Positions 1-22,826 of a stretch of DNA of 64,000 bases are shown piece by piece. Both the position numbers and the translations under genes were made by a program. Each line of letters starts with the position of its first letter. The stretch's first letter is position 1. The notes under the pieces are model-generated. The model saw only the letters and a program-made list of their open reading frames with translations, was not told where the DNA came from and made no database searches. Origin of the DNA: Paraspadella gotoi (Eukaryota > Animalia > Chaetognatha); the NCBI GenBank assembly GCA_051294375.1, contig CM119263.1:20302115-20366114 (forward strand), in the 5' to 3' direction.

Positions 1-47
<47 letters not shown>

Positions 48-798
48 AAGAGATCACAAATATATCACTTGTCACATGAGGGGAAAAGTTTTATTACTTC
101 TTCCGCCCAATCAATTTTTTAATATATAACCTCTCAATTTCTTTTTGTTCTCTCTTTTCTTGCGACATATGTGGGTTTTTTCTCATTTCNNNNNNNNNNN
201 NNNNNNNNNNNNNNNNNNNNNNNNNNNNNNNNNNNNNNNNNNNNNNNNNNNNNNNNNNNNNNNNNNNNNNNNNNNNNNNNNNNNNNNNNNNNNNNNNNNN
301 NNNNNNNNNNNNNCTCTCTCTCTCCCATTTCTACTCCGCTTCGTTCCTCGCTTCAAAGGACGGCGTTTTTTTTCTTTTCCCTTCAAAGACTTTAACCCAA
401 AAACCGAAGACGATGACGTGAGGCGAGGATTTTGGAGGACTTCTTCGCGCGTGAACGCTGGTCCCGGCGTGAAAACAGCTTTTCCCTCTCCGTCTCTGTC
501 TCTCTCTTCCTCTCTCTTTCTCTCTTCCCCTCTTCTTCGACGAACCGGAAAACCACGAGCGCTGAATACGCGTGGAAAAAAAAAGAGAAAAAAGCCGGGA
601 GGCGTCGGCGTTTTATTATTAAGAGAAAAGTTAAAAAAAAAAAGAAAAGAAAAATAGAAGAAGCGCGTCGGTGATTGGCTGGCTGCCGCGTCGCCCGGCT
701 ACCGGCGATGCGTCGGATTAGCCAATCACGGTTTAGAAATGAAACGCTTCGCCGCCCGGAAACGGAAAAAAAAATCTGAGCAATCCGCTCCGACGACG
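1..798 (+). repeat. Near-identical duplicate of ~5021-5811, interrupted and ended by N-gaps (190-313, 799-823); probably an assembly artefact
   Basis: Positions 41-189 and 314-798 match 5061-5811 except for a few 1-nt indels (ttccgcccaa vs ttccccaa; tggaggac vs tggagac). The gap at 190-313 replaces the (CT)n tract of the second copy. Confidence 0.85.
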
Positions 799-1338
799 NN
801 NNNNNNNNNNNNNNNNNNNNNNNCATCGTTGCATCGTTCATTAGCTCGTTGTCATTGGGGTCACGTACTGTTATGATACGGTTGCATTCTTCAAATTTAA
901 ATTGGTCGGTCGCATTATTGTGAATCGTTCAACGCTTAATATTATTGGGGTCTCGCGTTGCGTCATTCCGAGTCTCAGTCTTAGCTCATGCTCTTCGGCT
1001 TCGTCCATCGCTTTCTGTCCATTGGTTCCAGTTCAATTGAATTTGTCTCATTGCTAATCGCAACAACAATTATTATTTGAAAGGGAAAAGTAGATTTAAA
1101 GTGCAAAGCGACAACAGACTTAGTTACGCCGCCTTGAAAAAATCTCCACACTAACTTTGAGACTGACGATGATGATGAAAATGTTCAAGCTGATAGTTAT
1201 GAGGCGATCGTAACAATGACGACGATGAGCGCTCACGGCTTGCTTGCGTTCTGAGTATTTTTATATACCATGATCCATTAACGACGGGAATCGTCAGCGA
1301 TTTAATTGTTGGTAGGCGCAAGAACGATGTTATAAATT

Positions 1339-1371
<33 letters not shown>

Positions 1372-1376
1372 CCTCT

Positions 1377-1421
<45 letters not shown>

Positions 1422-2484
1422 TTACTCTCTCTTTTCTCTCCTTCTCTCTCTTCTCCTCTCTTCTTATTCTTCTCTTTCTCTCCTCCTACTCTCTCCTCTC
1501 TCATCCATTATCCTTATCTACTATCCTATTGTCTCGCTCAATCTAAGTAATAACAATCTATATCTTTTTCACATTTCTCCTCTATTCTCTCATAATCAGA
1601 ATAACCAAAAAGAACCAAACAAAAAAAAAACAAATAAAGAATGTAGAATGGAAGAAACAAAGAAAGAAGAAACGGTTAGGAAAAAAGAAAGAAAAAAAAA
1701 TAGATAAAATAAAAGAAAGATCGACAATCGCAAGCTGCTCTCTCAAATGGAATCGAAAAAATCGATCGTATATGGAAAACGCGATCACGTGACGAGCGAA
1801 CGATCACCATGTCAACACGACGTCACCGTCGCCGCGCTCCTCACACAGCGTCGGCGTTTTTCTTATTTTCGTTTTTTTTTAAATTATCGGATGTACACGT
1901 TTCATAGTTGAGCGGCCCAAGCACCGCCGCGTCGGCCGTAACGATGAGACTTTCCGATATTTACCAGCGGCAACGCCTTAGCGTTTTTGTTCGGTGATAT
2001 TCCGCACCGTATGTCCGCGTAGTCGTACCATTCGCCGCCAGTGGAAAACCATAAACGGTTTGGCTCATACGGGCAGCGCTGTGATGTCGATGGCCTGCGA
2101 GTGCGGTCCTGGCGGCGTCTCGGCGCCAGTGGCGGCGCCAGCGCAACGCCGAGGTACTGCCGAAGTCGGACGTCAAATTCGGTGACGCATCGACCTCGAG
2201 ACGAGAAAAGCGATTCCCTCGCAGAAAGATAAAAGAGGGAAAGAAAGGAGGAGAGAGGGATGAGAGAAGGGAACTTGTTGTGGTAACGATTGACAGGAAA
2301 TGCTGGATCGTTGAGGTGGATTGGAGTTAGTCTTGAGGAACTGAAGATTATGAAAACAAAGTGGTGTGCGCGTGGATAAGGGAATTCTAAAAGTGATTAG
2401 GATGAGGCGTCATCAGGAACAAGGGAGAAAAAGGAGCGGCTGACCAGAAAGGTTGAATGGTATGAAAAACAATGAAAAAGATGT

Positions 2485-2820
2485 GTGGAGTAAGGAGGAA
2501 TAGGAGTTGACAGCAATTATGAGATGAGTATTGAGAGTGGAGCCAATGATGATGTGAAGTAAGGAGGAATAGTAGTGACAGCAATTATGAGATGAATTAT
2601 TGAGGAGTGGAGCCAATGATGTGTGGAGAGTAAGGAGTGAATAGTAGTGACAGAAATTATGAGATTGAGGTATTAAGGAGTGGAGCCAATGATGTGTGAG
2701 TAAGGCGGGAATAGTAATGACAGCAATTATGAGATGGGTATTGAGAGTGGAGCCAATGGTGTGTGGAGTAAGAGAATACTATGACGCAATTATGAGAGGA
2801 GTATTGAGGAGTGGAGCCAA
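2485..2820. repeat. Degenerate minisatellite, ~65-73 bp unit, ~5 copies
   Basis: Recurring anchors gacagcaattatgagat and gtggagccaa (near 2537, 2607, 2680, 2747, 2811). Confidence 0.85.
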
Positions 2821-2869
2821 AGAACATTTGAGGAAAAAAGTTAGGATTGGTTCGGAAGACCTTAGGAGG

Positions 2870-3255
2870 AGAAAAATTAGAGAGAAAGAAATTTAGGAGT
2901 GGATTGAGTCGTTAAGAAGTGAAAATGTGGAAGAGAAAGAAATTAGGAGTGGAGTGGATGACGTTAAGAGGTGAAAAATGGAGACAAATACATGAGAAAG
3001 AAATTAGGAGTGGAGTGGTGACGTTAGAGGGAAAAAGTGAGACAAAGACATTGAAGAAAGAAATTAGGAGTGGATGGACGTTAAGAGTGAAAAGTGAGGA
3101 GAAAGAAATCATGAGTGGATTGGATGAGTTTAAGAGTGAAAAGTGGCAGGAAAGAAATATGAGTGGAGTGGATGACTTAAGTCGTAAAATGAAGAGAAGA
3201 CATTGAGAAGAAATTAGGAGTGAAGTGGATGACGTTAAGAGGTGAAAAGTGGAGA
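2870..3255. repeat. Degenerate minisatellite, ~50-60 bp unit, ~7 copies
   Basis: Recurring gaaagaaattaggagtgga...gacgttaagag.tgaaaa. Confidence 0.85.
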
Positions 3256-4305
3256 AAGGGTCCGTTCTTCGTTTCAGCTTCTCCGTTACTCACCAATTTT
3301 CAAAGGCGTCTCGCCATGAAATTTATGGTCTGTTTTTGCTAACGGAACTTTACCGTAGCACGTCCCTCAACCGAGGTACGTGGCTTAGCTCAATGGTTGC
3401 CTCATCTCTCCACTTCCTCTCCCTTTGCCTCACCGTCCTCGCCGTCCCTCTTAGCTCTTAACCCTTCTCGCCTCACCTCAATATTCGCCTCCTGCCCAAC
3501 CCGGAGAAAGGAAGGCCGCTTTTTTGGGATCCAGGTTTCCAAGTCGTCGACAACATTTTGAGTTCGAAATTCCTTTGTTCCTTTGTTCGCGAGACTCTTC
3601 TTAAGACTTTTTATGTACACCTCGCGGAGGAAGAAAAATGATTCGCTCCTTTGTTCTCCGATTTTTTTTTCTTTCTTTTTCTTTTAAAACACTTTCACTT
3701 TTTCTAATCGATTTTTTCATTCCTTTTCTAAATTTTTTTCTTCTCTCTTCGCAAGCCAACCCGTCCTACGTCATTAATCTCCATTCACTCATTCTGTCAA
3801 CTCTCATAAACGTTTTTTTTGGCCGCGAAAGTAAATTCATAATATACTAGGAAAAAACCGCCAAATTTAATAAAAGGTTCTTTTAGTCAACATATTTTGG
3901 TGAAATAAACAACGTTCCCTTTAATCAATTTTGAAAGATTTAATATGGTTAATTGCACCTTCAGCATTTAATCACCGATCCTAACTCGTGCAACACTACA
4001 CACAAATTCTCGACGCGCGCGTGAACGCACATGAGCGAAAAAATCCACGGAGCGCTCTGTTCGTCCCATCGGTCGTGCGCGAGCGAGCGTGCGACCAATT
4101 CACAAGGCTCCCCCAACGAATGCGAAACGCGTTTATCTGAAATATTTTCATAATCCGGCAGAGTTTGACGTGGCCCGGTAACGACCCCGCCGATCACCGT
4201 AACGCTCGTCTCCGTACTATAGGCGTTACGCTTGGCGCCGTATTTCGGAACCGGAAACAGAAATTCCCATGTAATTCTTCTCGTCTTTTCCGCTCCGCGC
4301 GCTGC

Positions 4306-4362
<57 letters not shown>

Positions 4363-5025
4363 TATCTAGACGCATCTGCATCCAAAATTGCTCACTTTGC
4401 CGCGCGATGCTCGGCCGCGCTCTCGGCGCATAAAAACGAAAAAAAAAAAAAAAAAAACACAAAAAACAACACAACCCAGAGACGTGGTTTCGGGAAGAGA
4501 ATTTCCAGATTGAAGGAAAAGTGTGAAGGATGTCGGACCGTTGTCTGTCGAAAAATATCTCTAGGAAAAAAACGAAATTGATCGGCCTTTGCACTCTGAG
4601 AGACTTTTCTCTTAGCGAGTTTGCATTGAGAAAGGCGATGCCACGATTGCCACAATTCCACATTGAGAGGAAACAATGAATGAAGCGAAACGTAAAATGG
4701 AAATCTGTTTTCGTCGGGTGACGATCGAGATTTGCCCAAAAAGCCCTCACCTTTTTCCTCGGAGATTGGCAGAGAGATGGAGAGGAAGACCAGGGAGTAA
4801 AATTTGAATTCAGGGACTTTTAAGTTTTTGTGGTGAAAAATCTTGAAATTATTATCAATTGTGTATTTTGAAAAAAATCGATTTTCATTACAATTTGTTA
4901 GCCTCGTCAATACAATTTTAGCAGGCTTGATTAAGAGTAAAGATAAAGAAAAGAAAAGAAGAGAGAGAGAGAGAAGAAGAGAGAGAGAGAGAGGAGAGAG
5001 AGAGAAGGAGAGAGAGAGAGAGAGA

Positions 5026-5067
<42 letters not shown>

Positions 5068-5245
5068 AAGAGATCACAAATATATCACTTGTCACATGAG
5101 GGGAAAAGTTTTATTACTTCTTCCCCAATCAATTTTTAATAAATATAACCTCTCAATTTCTTTTTGTTCTCTCTTTTCTTGCGACATATGTGGGTTTTTT
5201 CTCATTTCACTTTTTATTTCCTGTCCATTGCCTCTCTCTCTCTCT

Positions 5246-5341
<96 letters not shown>

Positions 5342-6287
5342 ATTTCTACTCCGCTTCGTTCCTCGCTTCAAAGGACGGCGTTTTTTTTCTTTTCCCTTCA
5401 AAGACTTTAACCCAAAAACCGAAGACGATGACGTGAGGCGAGGATTTTGGAGACTTCTTCGCGCGTGAACGCTGGTCCCGGCGTGAAAACAGCTTTTCCC
5501 TCTCCGTCTCTGTCTCTCTCTTCCTCTCTCTTTCTCTCTTCCCCTCTTCTTCGACGAACCGGAAAACCACGAGCGCTGAATACGCGTGGAAAAAAAAAGA
5601 GAAAAAAGCCGGGAGGCGTCGGCGTTTTATTATTAAGAGAAAAGTTAAAAAAAAAAGAAAAGAAAAATAGAAGAAGCGCGTCGGTGATTGGCTGGCTGCC
5701 GCGTCGCCCGGCTACCGGCGATGCGTCGGATTAGCCAATCACGGTTTAGAAATGAAACGCTTCGCCGCCCGGAAACGGAAAAAAAAATCTGAGCAATCCG
5801 CTCCGACGACGCTGCCCCCAAAAAAGTGGCCGGCCCCCCAAAGAGCCTTAAAACTAATCAGTAGAACACAATGTGAGCAATCGTCTAGTAGTAGGAGGGA
5901 GAGGGGGGGACCGGGGTGGAGAATTTGACGCCGATTCTGTTGACCGAGAGCGATAAGGAAACCCTTCAAAGAGAAATTTAGTGATAAGCAAATTCTGGGG
6001 GGGGGAAACAATCGGGCCATGAGCCCTATTAAATAATAAATAATTAATAAAAAAAAATTACTATTTTTTTCCACTCTTTTCTGCTGAATTGTTAAAAATC
6101 AAAGAAATGTCACAAGCATCATTAATTTCAAAATGAGACAATATATAAACTATCAGCTAAGTCTCATTAATTACTAATTCTCAACGTCCAATTTTTCCTC
6201 CCTTCAACTCTTTTTTAAATCCCCCCTCATCCATTCTTTCTTTTTTTCCCACCCTCTTCGCTCGAACCTCACCCTTCCTTACCCCAG

Positions 6288-15059
<8,772 letters not shown>

Positions 15060-18000
15060 GAAACAAAAGACTCTCGAAGTCAAACCCCATAGCATGTGTC
15101 GAGAATGGACTGCCAGATCCCGTTGCGCCAAAAAGAAAAAAAAAGTGGCGCGTTGTACCAAAATGAAGCCGATTCAACGAAGAGTATAAATGAGAAAATA
15201 AAGATATGGATAGAAGAAAAAATTTGTAGCTTATTGGCGAGTGTGACGCCGATGATTCGCGCGAACGAAAAAACGAACTTCGAACTTCGTGGTCTTTTTT
15301 GAACTCAGAGCGACGTTGATTTGGACGCGCCAAGCAAACGGTGTCAGATCGCAAATCTGCCAGAAAAACTCAGAAACGACACTTTTGTTTATAAACGAAT
15401 GCTTTTTAAAAATATTTCGCGAAAAATACTCCTATTCATCATATTTCCTTTTCCTTTATAGCAATATCCCGTTAATTATTATCTTGACGGTTAAAAAATA
15501 AGACCTTCATTGTAAGATTATTTCCCTTTAGGTAACACGTTTTCACCAATTTTTGGTCACATTTGCACCGCATTCACATATAGTAATTAGCTCTGCAGAA
15601 CATAAAACACGCATCTATGGTAATTGTCACAGCTGAAGTTCCCGTTTGAGCAAGATAATCAAGTCTCTTTCCTTAGTCGTTTAGTACGTTTTTAAGACCT
15701 TAATTATTGCTATTTAAGATTAATTTTTTTCATATAAAGATGCCGAAAAAAATTCAATACGATAACATATGATATAATTTTAGGCAATAGGAACTATTTT
15801 ACTAACCGACAAAATCAAAATTGTCATATGTGACGTGCAATCAAGTCAAAATTTACTGACATACTCTCAAAGTTTTAAGCAAAGAGATGGAGACTTCAAG
15901 AAAAGCATGAATTAAAAAAAGATGTTGAACATAATTGTGGTGTATTTTTAATCTTTTTTGTTAGAATTTAATGCCATTAAAATAACTGGTGAAAACAACT
16001 AAACATATTTTAACTGAAATTTTGATTTAGCTTTATCTATTTTTAAAGCTTTGCTTTTTTTATTTTGTTGTTAAAAATGCTGAATGTCAAAGTATTTGCA
16101 AGTGTCATCCATATTATACATTTAAAGTATTGTGATTGTGAAATTTAATCTCGTTTGATGGAATAATTGTTATCATCTTAGTTATTCTGAATGAAACATC
16201 CATAAACAGGATTACAACTAAGGAATCAAATGCATGTCTTGCTTGTCAAGCAAAATTTTGATGTGCAAAGTTAAACTCCATTCAAAGCAAACTGATAATA
16301 TTAAAATCTGTCATCGATTGTAGTGGAGGGAGGTTGTTTTGCTGTCTAAGTCAAAACATTTTATTTGGATTTCTGTAAAGATTACTTGCCTTTTTAATTA
16401 TTTGTTCCAGTTTTGGAGCAAAAATACACCGATATTCAAAATACATCATATTGATATGTAAATTCGGATATTATGGCCTTGTGCATGTATAAAAATTGTC
16501 CATAAATTTTCATAATTTTCTTCAAATGGAGGTATAAAACATTGCATGTTTAAAAACTCGTTATGAACTGTGTGAAGCATGTTCATAATAAAATTATTAT
16601 GCACCAACGGCCGATAAAATAATGGTAAAGATATTTTTGAAAGAGATTCATTCTCTTTTATTTATACTTTTTAAACAATATAGATACTTAAAAAAATTAG
16701 GATTGTGGCTGAAAATATGATGATGGATTTTGATGATTTACAGTGTTTCAACATCTTCTTGTTTAATAATGGCAGATAGTAGATAATAAAATAATCCAAA
16801 AAAACTAAGTCATAAAAAGTACATTCTTTGAAAAAACTTGTTGCTTAGCTTATTCATTTTCTCCCAAATTATTAGGATCATATAATGATGTTTTAGAAAT
16901 ATAATGATACGTATCTTATAAATTATTTTTTAAATTCTCCCATTTAAAATGAGGTTTATATAAACGTCTTTGACGTTGCTATTATGACATGTTAATTTTG
17001 AAATAGAAAGTATCGTTTGAATAAAATTTTGAGAGTAAAACTGAAAAAAAAATTATTTTGTTCCATTAATGTTACTAGACAATTTCACTCAAGAAAATTG
17101 TTGTTCTTTCAAAGCTTCCATACTGTATTAACGTATCAAATGGATCCCTCCCTCCAAAACAAGTTTTCTCGTGACTGAGTAGCAAAAGAAAATTCAAATT
17201 TTGACACATTATTTTCCGAATGAATTTTTCAAAAATTGATTGTAATGAACGGTTATTGCAAATATTTACTGATAAATAAATGAGTGTTTTATTTTGAGAT
17301 ATGTTGTTTGACCACGTTACTAATTACAACTCATCCAAAAACAAGATAATTTTCTATGACAATACATCACTATATGGAATGAAAATGTTTTACATTTGTT
17401 ATTTTTTTATTATAGTATTGTCTTCATAATTTTTGGTAATTTTCATCGGAAAACAATGTGTATTGAAATAAATCATTTTTCTAATGATATTCAGTGATGA
17501 TTTTTATACTCATCTTTTATGAAGTGATTCTCATCAAAAGCCATACTTTAAGTGTTAACTTTAAAATTGTATCTGCCTTTAAAGCAGTCTGCAATTAAAT
17601 AATAATTATAACTGGATTGTTGTACTAATATTCATATTGGCTTTTTAACAAAAGAATCATTTTGAGAATGATCTCAATTTAAAATAAAGTACGTGAATGA
17701 TACGAGTTTTTTATGTGGCTCAGTGCTACTACTACTATCAAGCTAATTTAACCCCCCTTCTGTGAAAAGTATACAATTTGATTTACTTGCCGAGTTTTTA
17801 ACATGTTGCAAAATTGCGCAATATGAAACCACAGGTCGACTATTGAAACCCTTGGAAATTTCTATCATTTCGGTGTGTAGGGTTTGTTTACTGTTGGCAG
17901 TGAGGTTTAGTGAATTTAATTTTAAAGTTATCTACGATTTTTTTTGGACTCCGCTTTGTTCACTGTCTCAATTCATTTGTATTGTAAAAAAATATTTATA

Positions 18001-19286
18001 GGAAATTTTATTCACTCTATTGCAGTAAAGCGGAGTCCACATAACTTTCATGGCAAATATTGCTGCAAAAATAAGTTTACTCATATTAACAATTACCTTC
18101 TTGGGTTAACATTATTTCGTTGTAGTGTCAATCATAGACATAGTCTCGTTTATTTTTTATTTGCGAATTTTTTCCCGTCATCTAAAACATGCACTCATTG
18201 GTCCAAATTGGTTAGAATTTTCTATTGCTTTATGAATTAAAACATACTTGTATCTAATAAATTTTTATAACATTAAAATGTCCAATTTGTCCATCTGTGG
18301 GGATCAATCATTTATTCGATCAGTTAGTAAAAGTAAAAGGACTAATTAGCTTTTTGTCTTCCTGCTAACTTATTAAATTATTTAGTAGTTATAGTAATCA
18401 GCTAATTTTCTATTTGCTAAGTGCAGGTGAAAAAATTCTCTTTGATGAAAATTAGTAGGTAAAAGCAGATTTATTTTATTCAATCTTGTTTAAACGACAC
18501 CTACGTAATAAGTGGGAAAACGATTGAAAGAAGAAAAGCTTGAAAAAAGAACTTGCAGTTGGAAGAGATGAAAGAAAATATAAAATAAGCAAATTTAAAC
18601 GTCTTATTTCAAAGGGAAATTGCCTCAAATCAATAACTTTTTTTATCTCCAGAAAAATTTTTTTTCGCCAAGTCGTATTCAAATCTACTCAAGCCTTGCA
18701 ACATAAAATGAAGGTATCAGTAATTATGTATTAAGATTTTAAGAGGGAGGATCACCTTAAGAAATTGTTACACACACACAAAAAGGACTAGACACAAGAG
18801 GGATAAGGGCCATTGCCTGCGAAAATTCTGTGAAAAAAAAATCAATGAGGCCATTTTAAAAAACTTTTTCCTTAAAATTATTAGTTCACACGAAAAACGA
18901 GGGTTCGTGAAATAAAATATTGTAAAATAAGTATTTGGTAAAAGTTGATAGATATATCTAAACTTCTAGGAATATTTTTCTTTTAAATATATGCCCACTG
19001 CTCAGTCCACTGTAAACAAAAAGTCAAAATATCTCATTTTACGTAGTAGTCGTAAATGGGCTTTGGTTCTTAATTTACAAATTAAATCTGAGCAAGAGCG
19101 GCAATTTTGTAACGCTTTTGGGGCATAAAATTTAATGGAATTTGCTTTCTGCTCAATGCTCATTTTTTCCCCGTTCTTCAATGACTAACATAAAATACAA
19201 ATAATTTATAGTAATTATGTCTAGAGAGCGGCACCAAAATCTTTTCATATTTAAAGAGAATTAGTAGATTTCTTAAGTTGATTCAA

Positions 19287-22200
19287 TTAAGTTTGTCGAC
19301 GTCGGGATCGAATATCCGGAAAGAGCATTTGGGCAAAGGCCGATCGAAAGTTTTTGTTGAATACCGTGTAGAGGATTGGGTTGAGCGCGGAGTTGGCGTA
19401 ACCTGGGAGAATGGCGCGAAAAGATGTTTTATATTATATTATTTCATATTATTACCTGCTATTTATTATGAATTTAAAATATCGTAAAAAATCTCAACTG
19501 AAAGCTTAGTGTTTATTTTATCATTGCCCCAAATATTATTAATTTATTTTATAAAATGTATTCACAGTGAGCCAGAAGACATTTGGTGTCAGTATCCGCG
19601 CAAATCTATCAAAAATGGACTTGACGTTGATTTTGAAATAGAAATTCCAAAATAACTGCTCATCTCGAAATTAACATTTTGAGACAATAAATTATAAAAA
19701 TAATTATTATAATAATTTTCTGTCACTGCTGCACATATTAAATTATTGAGACAGGGCAAAATCAACTTATCATGTAGTCAGCTATTACTATACTAATGAT
19801 TATTTTTATATAACAATGCTTGGGCTAATAAAAATAGATAATATATATATAATATAATATAATAAATATATAAATATATAAATATAATAATATAATAAAA
19901 ATAGATAATATATATATATATATATATACTGGGAGTGAATAAACAAGTCTGTGAGAGAGACTTGATTAAAAGCTTGCAGAAACCTGTTATGTTATTATCT
20001 TGCAAGTGTGATGGAGGCCTTAAACCACCAAAGCCTGTCCAAAGTCAGGGACAAGATAGCTTATTTATTAAATGGATGGATAATTTTTATATTGGTTGTA
20101 CCAATTTCATAAAGATGGGTCATTATAATTATATTTATATTATTATATTATATTTATATTATATTTATAATTTTATTATGGTAAATAAGACAAGTACTGA
20201 AGCCAATTGCTATGAACTTAAGTGTTATAAAATGCCTTGGGTGAATGTTAATAGTCCTCAAACTCCTCATGATTGTAACCTAGGCTCAAAAGATGATATA
20301 CTTCATATTGTAATGCATCTGGATCGAATCCTACACATCTACAGTATTTTAGTTATAAGTAAAAATATTATTTGCAGTCATTAGACTTTTCACCCTTATC
20401 CTGTATGGCAGTCAGTTTTTTATAAGCTTATTGTATTGCGCTTTAAGGAAGACTGCATATAGGTCCGATAACCAAAGTTTCAAATATTTTTAATCAATCC
20501 TAGTTAAGAAAAAGGGTCATTCAATTCAACTTCAAAATAGGCCAAAATGGAGTACAAATTCAGAAAGCTGAGCTCCTGGCGATTCCGAAAATGTATTCAC
20601 TTTAAACATTTGATGCATTCTACCCCATTTTATATCGGTTTTAATTATAATATAAAATAAAAGAAACCTATCTGAAGAGTTGCAGGTCAAACGAAAAGGC
20701 TAATCCATCTGATATTTTTTATGAATTTTTTATTACTGAATTAGAAAAATGTAATAGAGAGACATTTTTAAATTTCAACTTGTATCCTTGAAAATGAAAC
20801 GTTTTTAAACTTTAACCCTGAATTCTTTCTAACTGGAACGCGTTTATCAAAATGTCTCTCTATTACATTTTTACAAATGTTTTTAAGATTGCTAATCAAA
20901 TTTTTAATTCAATATTATTGCAGTCGTTTAGGCTGCAACTCTTCAAATTCAGTGTAGATTGATTGTAGCTCGAATTTCTTTACCATCTATTTAACTGAAG
21001 ATTTTGTTCATGACTGGAAAACCAACAGAGTAACGAGATTAATTGTTTAATTCTCCCCTTCTAAACTAACCCATACCCTGTTTTAACTTCTTACCTAGAA
21101 TTTTTTAACAACCAGATTGAAAGACAAATCTTTAAAAAATGTGCTTACCCATTTAACTTAACAATTTTTTTATTTACTCATTTAAAAAAAATGATTAAAA
21201 ACAGATTGTTTACATATAAATAAAAACTTTTTTTTTGTGATTACTGATGATAATAATGTATTTCTCGATATATTAGCTCTAATACATCAATGATTACGTA
21301 TTGTTATGCTGAATGACCTTTCCTTGTAAACGAATCTTTGTAAGGACATTTTATACAAAGATGAACGCACTTTTCCTCCTTTCTGGATATAAAGTGGCGT
21401 GTTTTTTTTTTTTTTGCACTGTAATTTAATTTTCACTTTAGGTGTTGTACAGAATATAATATAATAAAAAAATTAATTAGACCTAAATTTTTAATTTTCA
21501 TGATGACCGAAACTTCGGGCATGATGCACAATATACAGTGGGTAAGGCCACCGACTTACCCAACCAAAAGAAGATGGCTTCCACGAAAGGCGGGGGTTTC
21601 GGGCATAAAGTTACGCAGAGGCCGTTGGTGACGGTGTAGCAGACGAAAAACGGCGTCCAGCAAATTAGAAACGACGCCATGATGACTTCCAGCATCTGCA
21701 TCGCTTTTGCTGAATATTGTAGGAGAGAAGGTGGTCGTTATAAATGGGAAAGGAAAAGGAAAGGAATATAAGGTTAATAGAAATTAATATCACTGATGAG
21801 AATTTCTGATAAATCGCGAATAATTTTTAGCCAAATGTGGATGATAGATGATAGATGCGTTTTTAGTCTTGCGGCCTTTCGAGAAGAGAATGTTGCGTGA
21901 CTTCTACGAATACAATCAGGATTATGAAGAAATAATTTCTTTCTTTTTTTCGTCTCAAATTTGCTCCATAAATTCAATCGCACCACGAATACGTTTTTCT
22001 CTTTTTTATCGGCAAAATGAAAATTAAAACGAATCGTTGAAAAAATCGTGATAATCGACGAAATTGAAAAAAGAATAGAAAGATACGAATGACATCCGTA
22101 ATAATTGATAAAAGCGAATGTCATTTAATTTTTATAAAGCTTGAATTATTAACATAATATTGTCGAATATACCCGACTGACCCAAACTGACACAAACTGA

Positions 22201-22795
22201 ACTAAACAGACCCAAACTGAACGGTCTCCATCTTATCTCACCTTCGTGTTTTCCCGTCTGCGTTTGACTCCGAAAGGCCGCCCGCTTTCCCTCCGCTGAA
22301 TTTTGACTGTGAAAAAAAAGTTTTTTTAAATATCTTTTATAATTTATATTAATCAAATTGTATGAACCAATGATTTAATATTGGTTCTCGTAATAGTAAT
22401 TTTTTTTTCATCTTGGTCGCCAGCAATGAGAGGAGAGGGAGTCGTCTCGCCCCTCTGACAATGTGATGAGCCCACACACGTAGGGCGACCTGTGGGTCAG
22501 GGAAATATTTTCGTCATTTGCCCTGCTTTTCGAAACTTCGGATCCAGTGGTTTAACCAGCCCGTCAATCTTTTGCACGCAACGTTTTAACTACGAGCAGT
22601 GAATTTGGAGATGAAGGTTTGGCCCGATGCATTATCCACCGGATACCTATATTACGTCACGACAGCTTCACTCTCGTGCCATGGACAGTCTCCCGGTCGA
22701 CGAGACCCCGAGGGAACCGAATCGGAATTTAATGGCAGCACTTAAAAAGACAACAACCGAGATCGAGATCATTAAAGAGTAAATTGGGAATACAA

Positions 22796-22826
<31 letters not shown>

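Noticed and set aside
1-5811. Real segmental duplication
   Set aside because: The first copy is bounded by N-gaps and differs only by indels typical of read errors. A scaffolding artefact is more likely.
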